Below are positions 62,077 through 64,000 of a stretch of DNA of 64,000 nt, piece after piece. Position numbers and translations under genes: made by a program. The notes below the pieces were generated by a model. It saw only the letters and a program-made list of their open reading frames with translations. It had not been told where the DNA came from and did no database searches. The first letter of the stretch is position 1. Every line of letters begins with the position of its first letter. The stretch is from a candidate division FCPU426 bacterium. Lineage in GTDB: Bacteria; Oederibacteriota; Muellerivitia; Muellerivitales; Muellerivitaceae. The stretch spans positions 1-64,000 of the forward strand of contig CAWCKJ010000011.1 in the NCBI GenBank assembly GCA_963796105.1. Direction: 5' to 3'.

Positions 62077-62445
62077 ATGCCGGAAGCCTACCTGCTTAAT
62101 GAAAGAAGAGTTGATCCCAGGTTTGACATCAAAATCCCAATTATTTTCAAGGTCCTCGATCATCCGAAAGCCATGAATATCCACGACCGTGGGCGGAAGG
62201 AAATCCACCACCCCACCCTGAACGTGAGCCTGGGGGGCATGTATATCGTGGCAGGGCATGAGCTGGAGGAGGGCAATATTTTAAGTTTTGACATCGCGGT
62301 CCCAGGCTTGGCGAAGAAACTCAAGGCCATGGCGGAAGTGGTTTGGTCGAACGAGATGGGCGGCGGCATCCGTTTTTTGTCGATGAAAGACGGCGACTTA
62401 AACGCCTTTAAAACCTATCTCGCCAGGGCTTCCTCGGACGATTGA
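62077..62445 (+). CDS. Stand-alone PilZ-domain protein (putative c-di-GMP receptor)
   Basis: ERRVDPRF (RxxxR), NVSLGGM (D/NxSxxG), AEVVW...GIRF; GGAGG RBS. Confidence 0.88.
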   Translation: MPEAYLLNERRVDPRFDIKIPIIFKVLDHPKAMNIHDRGRKEIHHPTLNVSLGGMYIVAGHELEEGNILSFDIAVPGLAKKLKAMAEVVWSNEMGGGIRFLSMKDGDLNAFKTYLARASSDD

Positions 62446-62479
62446 AAATGGGGCTGGGCGGCCAAAGCGCGACCGGCTC

Positions 62480-62716
62480 CACCTGTATGCACAAGTCCGA
62501 GCACTGTAGGCACAACCCGGACCCTTGTAGGCATGGACTGTAGGCGCACTCCAGGTCTCGGTCCGTGCCTACAGTGGCCCGATCCCATGCCACAGGGACC
62601 CGGACTTGTCACTGTAGGCACGAAAGACCCTCTGGATGCACGAGTCGGGGCCACAGTAGGCATGTCGCCGGAAAATCACTCGATGTCGCCGGGTATCTCC
62701 TGCCATGTCGCCGGGA
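62480..62716. repeat. REP-like cluster of short direct and inverted repeats between convergent genes
   Basis: CACTGTAGGCAC at 62502 and 62610, inverted copy at 62565, partial TGTAGGC copies at 62526 and 62539; ATGTCGCCGG three times at about 62662-62714. Confidence 0.6.
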
Positions 62717-62783
62717 AACCCCCAGTCCGACCCATTAAAGCCGAAAATACATTAGGGTCAGAGGATGGTTACGGAATTACGGT

Positions 62784-63908
62784 TTATTTATTCAATTCCC
62801 TTTCCCTCGCCCCAGCCAAGTCCGTGAAAAACCTCGCTTTTAAGAGGCCCTCTTCCCATTCCCCTTGCGCGGTGGAATCCCAGACAATCCCTCCCCCGAT
62901 CCCCATTTCCCCCCTACCTTTCCTGATCCGAAGGGTCCGAATGGGAATATTAAAAAAGAGGTCCTTATTGGGCTTTATGTATCCAATCGCGCCCGTATAG
63001 ATATTCCTCTTTTCCCTTTCCACTTCACGGATGATTTCCATGGCCCGGATCTTGGGCGCTCCCGTCACGGAACCCGAGGGAAAGACCGACCTGAACAAAT
63101 CCACCAGGGGCAGGTCCTCCTCCACCAGGCCGGTGACGGTGGAAGTCATCTGGAAGAGGGTCCGATAGGGGGTGATCTCGAAAAGCCTCGGCGCCCGGAT
63201 TCTCTTGCCGACCCTTCCCAGGTCGTTCCTCAGCAGGTCCGCGATCATGACATTTTCCGCCCTGTTCTTCTCGTCCCTCTGGAACCTCCATTTTTCCGTC
63301 AGGTCATTCAGGAAACCCTTGCCCCTTTGCCAGGTTCCCTTCATGGGCTTGGTCGTTATATGCTTCCCGGTCTTTTTAAGGAACAACTCGGGGGAAAGGG
63401 AAAGAATCGTGTCTTCCCCTGTTTCAATGAAAGCGGGATATGGAACAGGCTGTTTATCCTCCAGTGCGCGGTACAAGGAATAGGCGTCGCCCTCGAAATC
63501 GAACCCCAGTTTGATGCAGAAGGTGATCTGGTACACGTCCCCTGAGGCGATATAGTTTCGGATGGTCTCAATCCTGACCCCATACTCCTCCCTGGTCAGG
63601 TTCAACCGTAACCCAGAAAGGCCCAGCTTGGATGGGTTTGCCTGGGGTGGCTCCTGGAATTTTTCAGGGCCTTCATAACACCCGAAAAGAAGCAGGGGAA
63701 AACCGTCAGTTACTGGCGGAGAGAATTTCTTTTCCAAGCCATAGCCAGCCTCGAAAGAAAAGAATCCGGCCAGCCACAAACCCTCACCGAGGCTCTTTTC
63801 CATTTCCTCAAAAGCCACCGGGAGGCCTTCCGCCGTCCGGCAAGTGATCAACTTTCTAGGATTTTGGAAATAAAGGGGTTTTTTCTCGAACTCGATGAGA
63901 ATTTTCAA
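62784..63908 (-). CDS. pabB: Aminodeoxychorismate synthase component I
   Basis: GDVYQ, SLSPELF, PMKGT, KNRAENVMIADLLRNDLGR, FPSGSVTGAPKIRAM, YTGAIG, GIGGGIVWDS. Confidence 0.9.
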   Translation of the reverse strand: MKILIEFEKKPLYFQNPRKLITCRTAEGLPVAFEEMEKSLGEGLWLAGFFSFEAGYGLEKKFSPPVTDGFPLLLFGCYEGPEKFQEPPQANPSKLGLSGLRLNLTREEYGVRIETIRNYIASGDVYQITFCIKLGFDFEGDAYSLYRALEDKQPVPYPAFIETGEDTILSLSPELFLKKTGKHITTKPMKGTWQRGKGFLNDLTEKWRFQRDEKNRAENVMIADLLRNDLGRVGKRIRAPRLFEITPYRTLFQMTSTVTGLVEEDLPLVDLFRSVFPSGSVTGAPKIRAMEIIREVEREKRNIYTGAIGYIKPNKDLFFNIPIRTLRIRKGRGEMGIGGGIVWDSTAQGEWEEGLLKARFFTDLAGARERELNK

Positions 63909-64000
63909 TGGAGATGTCTTTGACTCAGGTTGGATGATCTTTTATTTTGATTCCGCCCGATACTGTAGCGTTTCCCACGATCAAAACCAGGGGGGAATCC

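Noticed and set aside
62480..62716. CRISPR array
   Set aside because: Repeats are 10-12 bp, mixed in orientation and irregularly spaced, with no cas genes.

Overview
This is a diderm (LPS-producing) bacterial chromosome window with three parts. (1) 1-35216 holds a tandem array of six giant secreted Thr/Pro-rich (mucin-like) protein genes on the minus strand. Five are complete (about 1550-1690 aa): signal peptide, divergent Cys-rich head, about 1070-1190-aa (Thr-X)n stalk, and a near-invariant ~95-aa FlgD-Ig/T9SS-CTD-like tail. A sixth (5180 to off the left edge, missed by the ORF track) carries DUF11-like repeats, a stalk and NHL repeats. Two GT-C-type membrane glycosyltransferase genes (YfhO family; DUF2723/TMEM260-like with TPR) sit inside the array on the opposite strand. 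The stalks and tails are nucleotide mosaics of each other, including a near-identical 2.9-kb block, while the heads are highly divergent. This is the best candidate for an undescribed system: a recombining, probably O-glycosylated bacterial mucin coat with a dedicated glycosylation module. (2) 35612-57730 is a minus-strand housekeeping run: Zn-ribbon protein, kdsD, kdsC, lpxL-like, lptCAB, an inserted PIP-synthase/ino1/S1-P1 nuclease/amidohydrolase block, rpoN, hpf, ptsN-like, hprK, yvcK, a mannose-family PTS split by a GH57 gene, ptsH and ptsI. (3) 58052-64000 contains a flavin reductase followed by two tandem cargo units (a VapBC-type TA pair; AT-rich Sel1/LprI-like and membrane genes) bounded by duplicated sequences, then a second HPr with a PilZ gene, a REP-like cluster and pabB. 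I recognised no rRNA, tRNA, CRISPR array, integrase or transposase. Domain calls come from motif recognition, not database searches.
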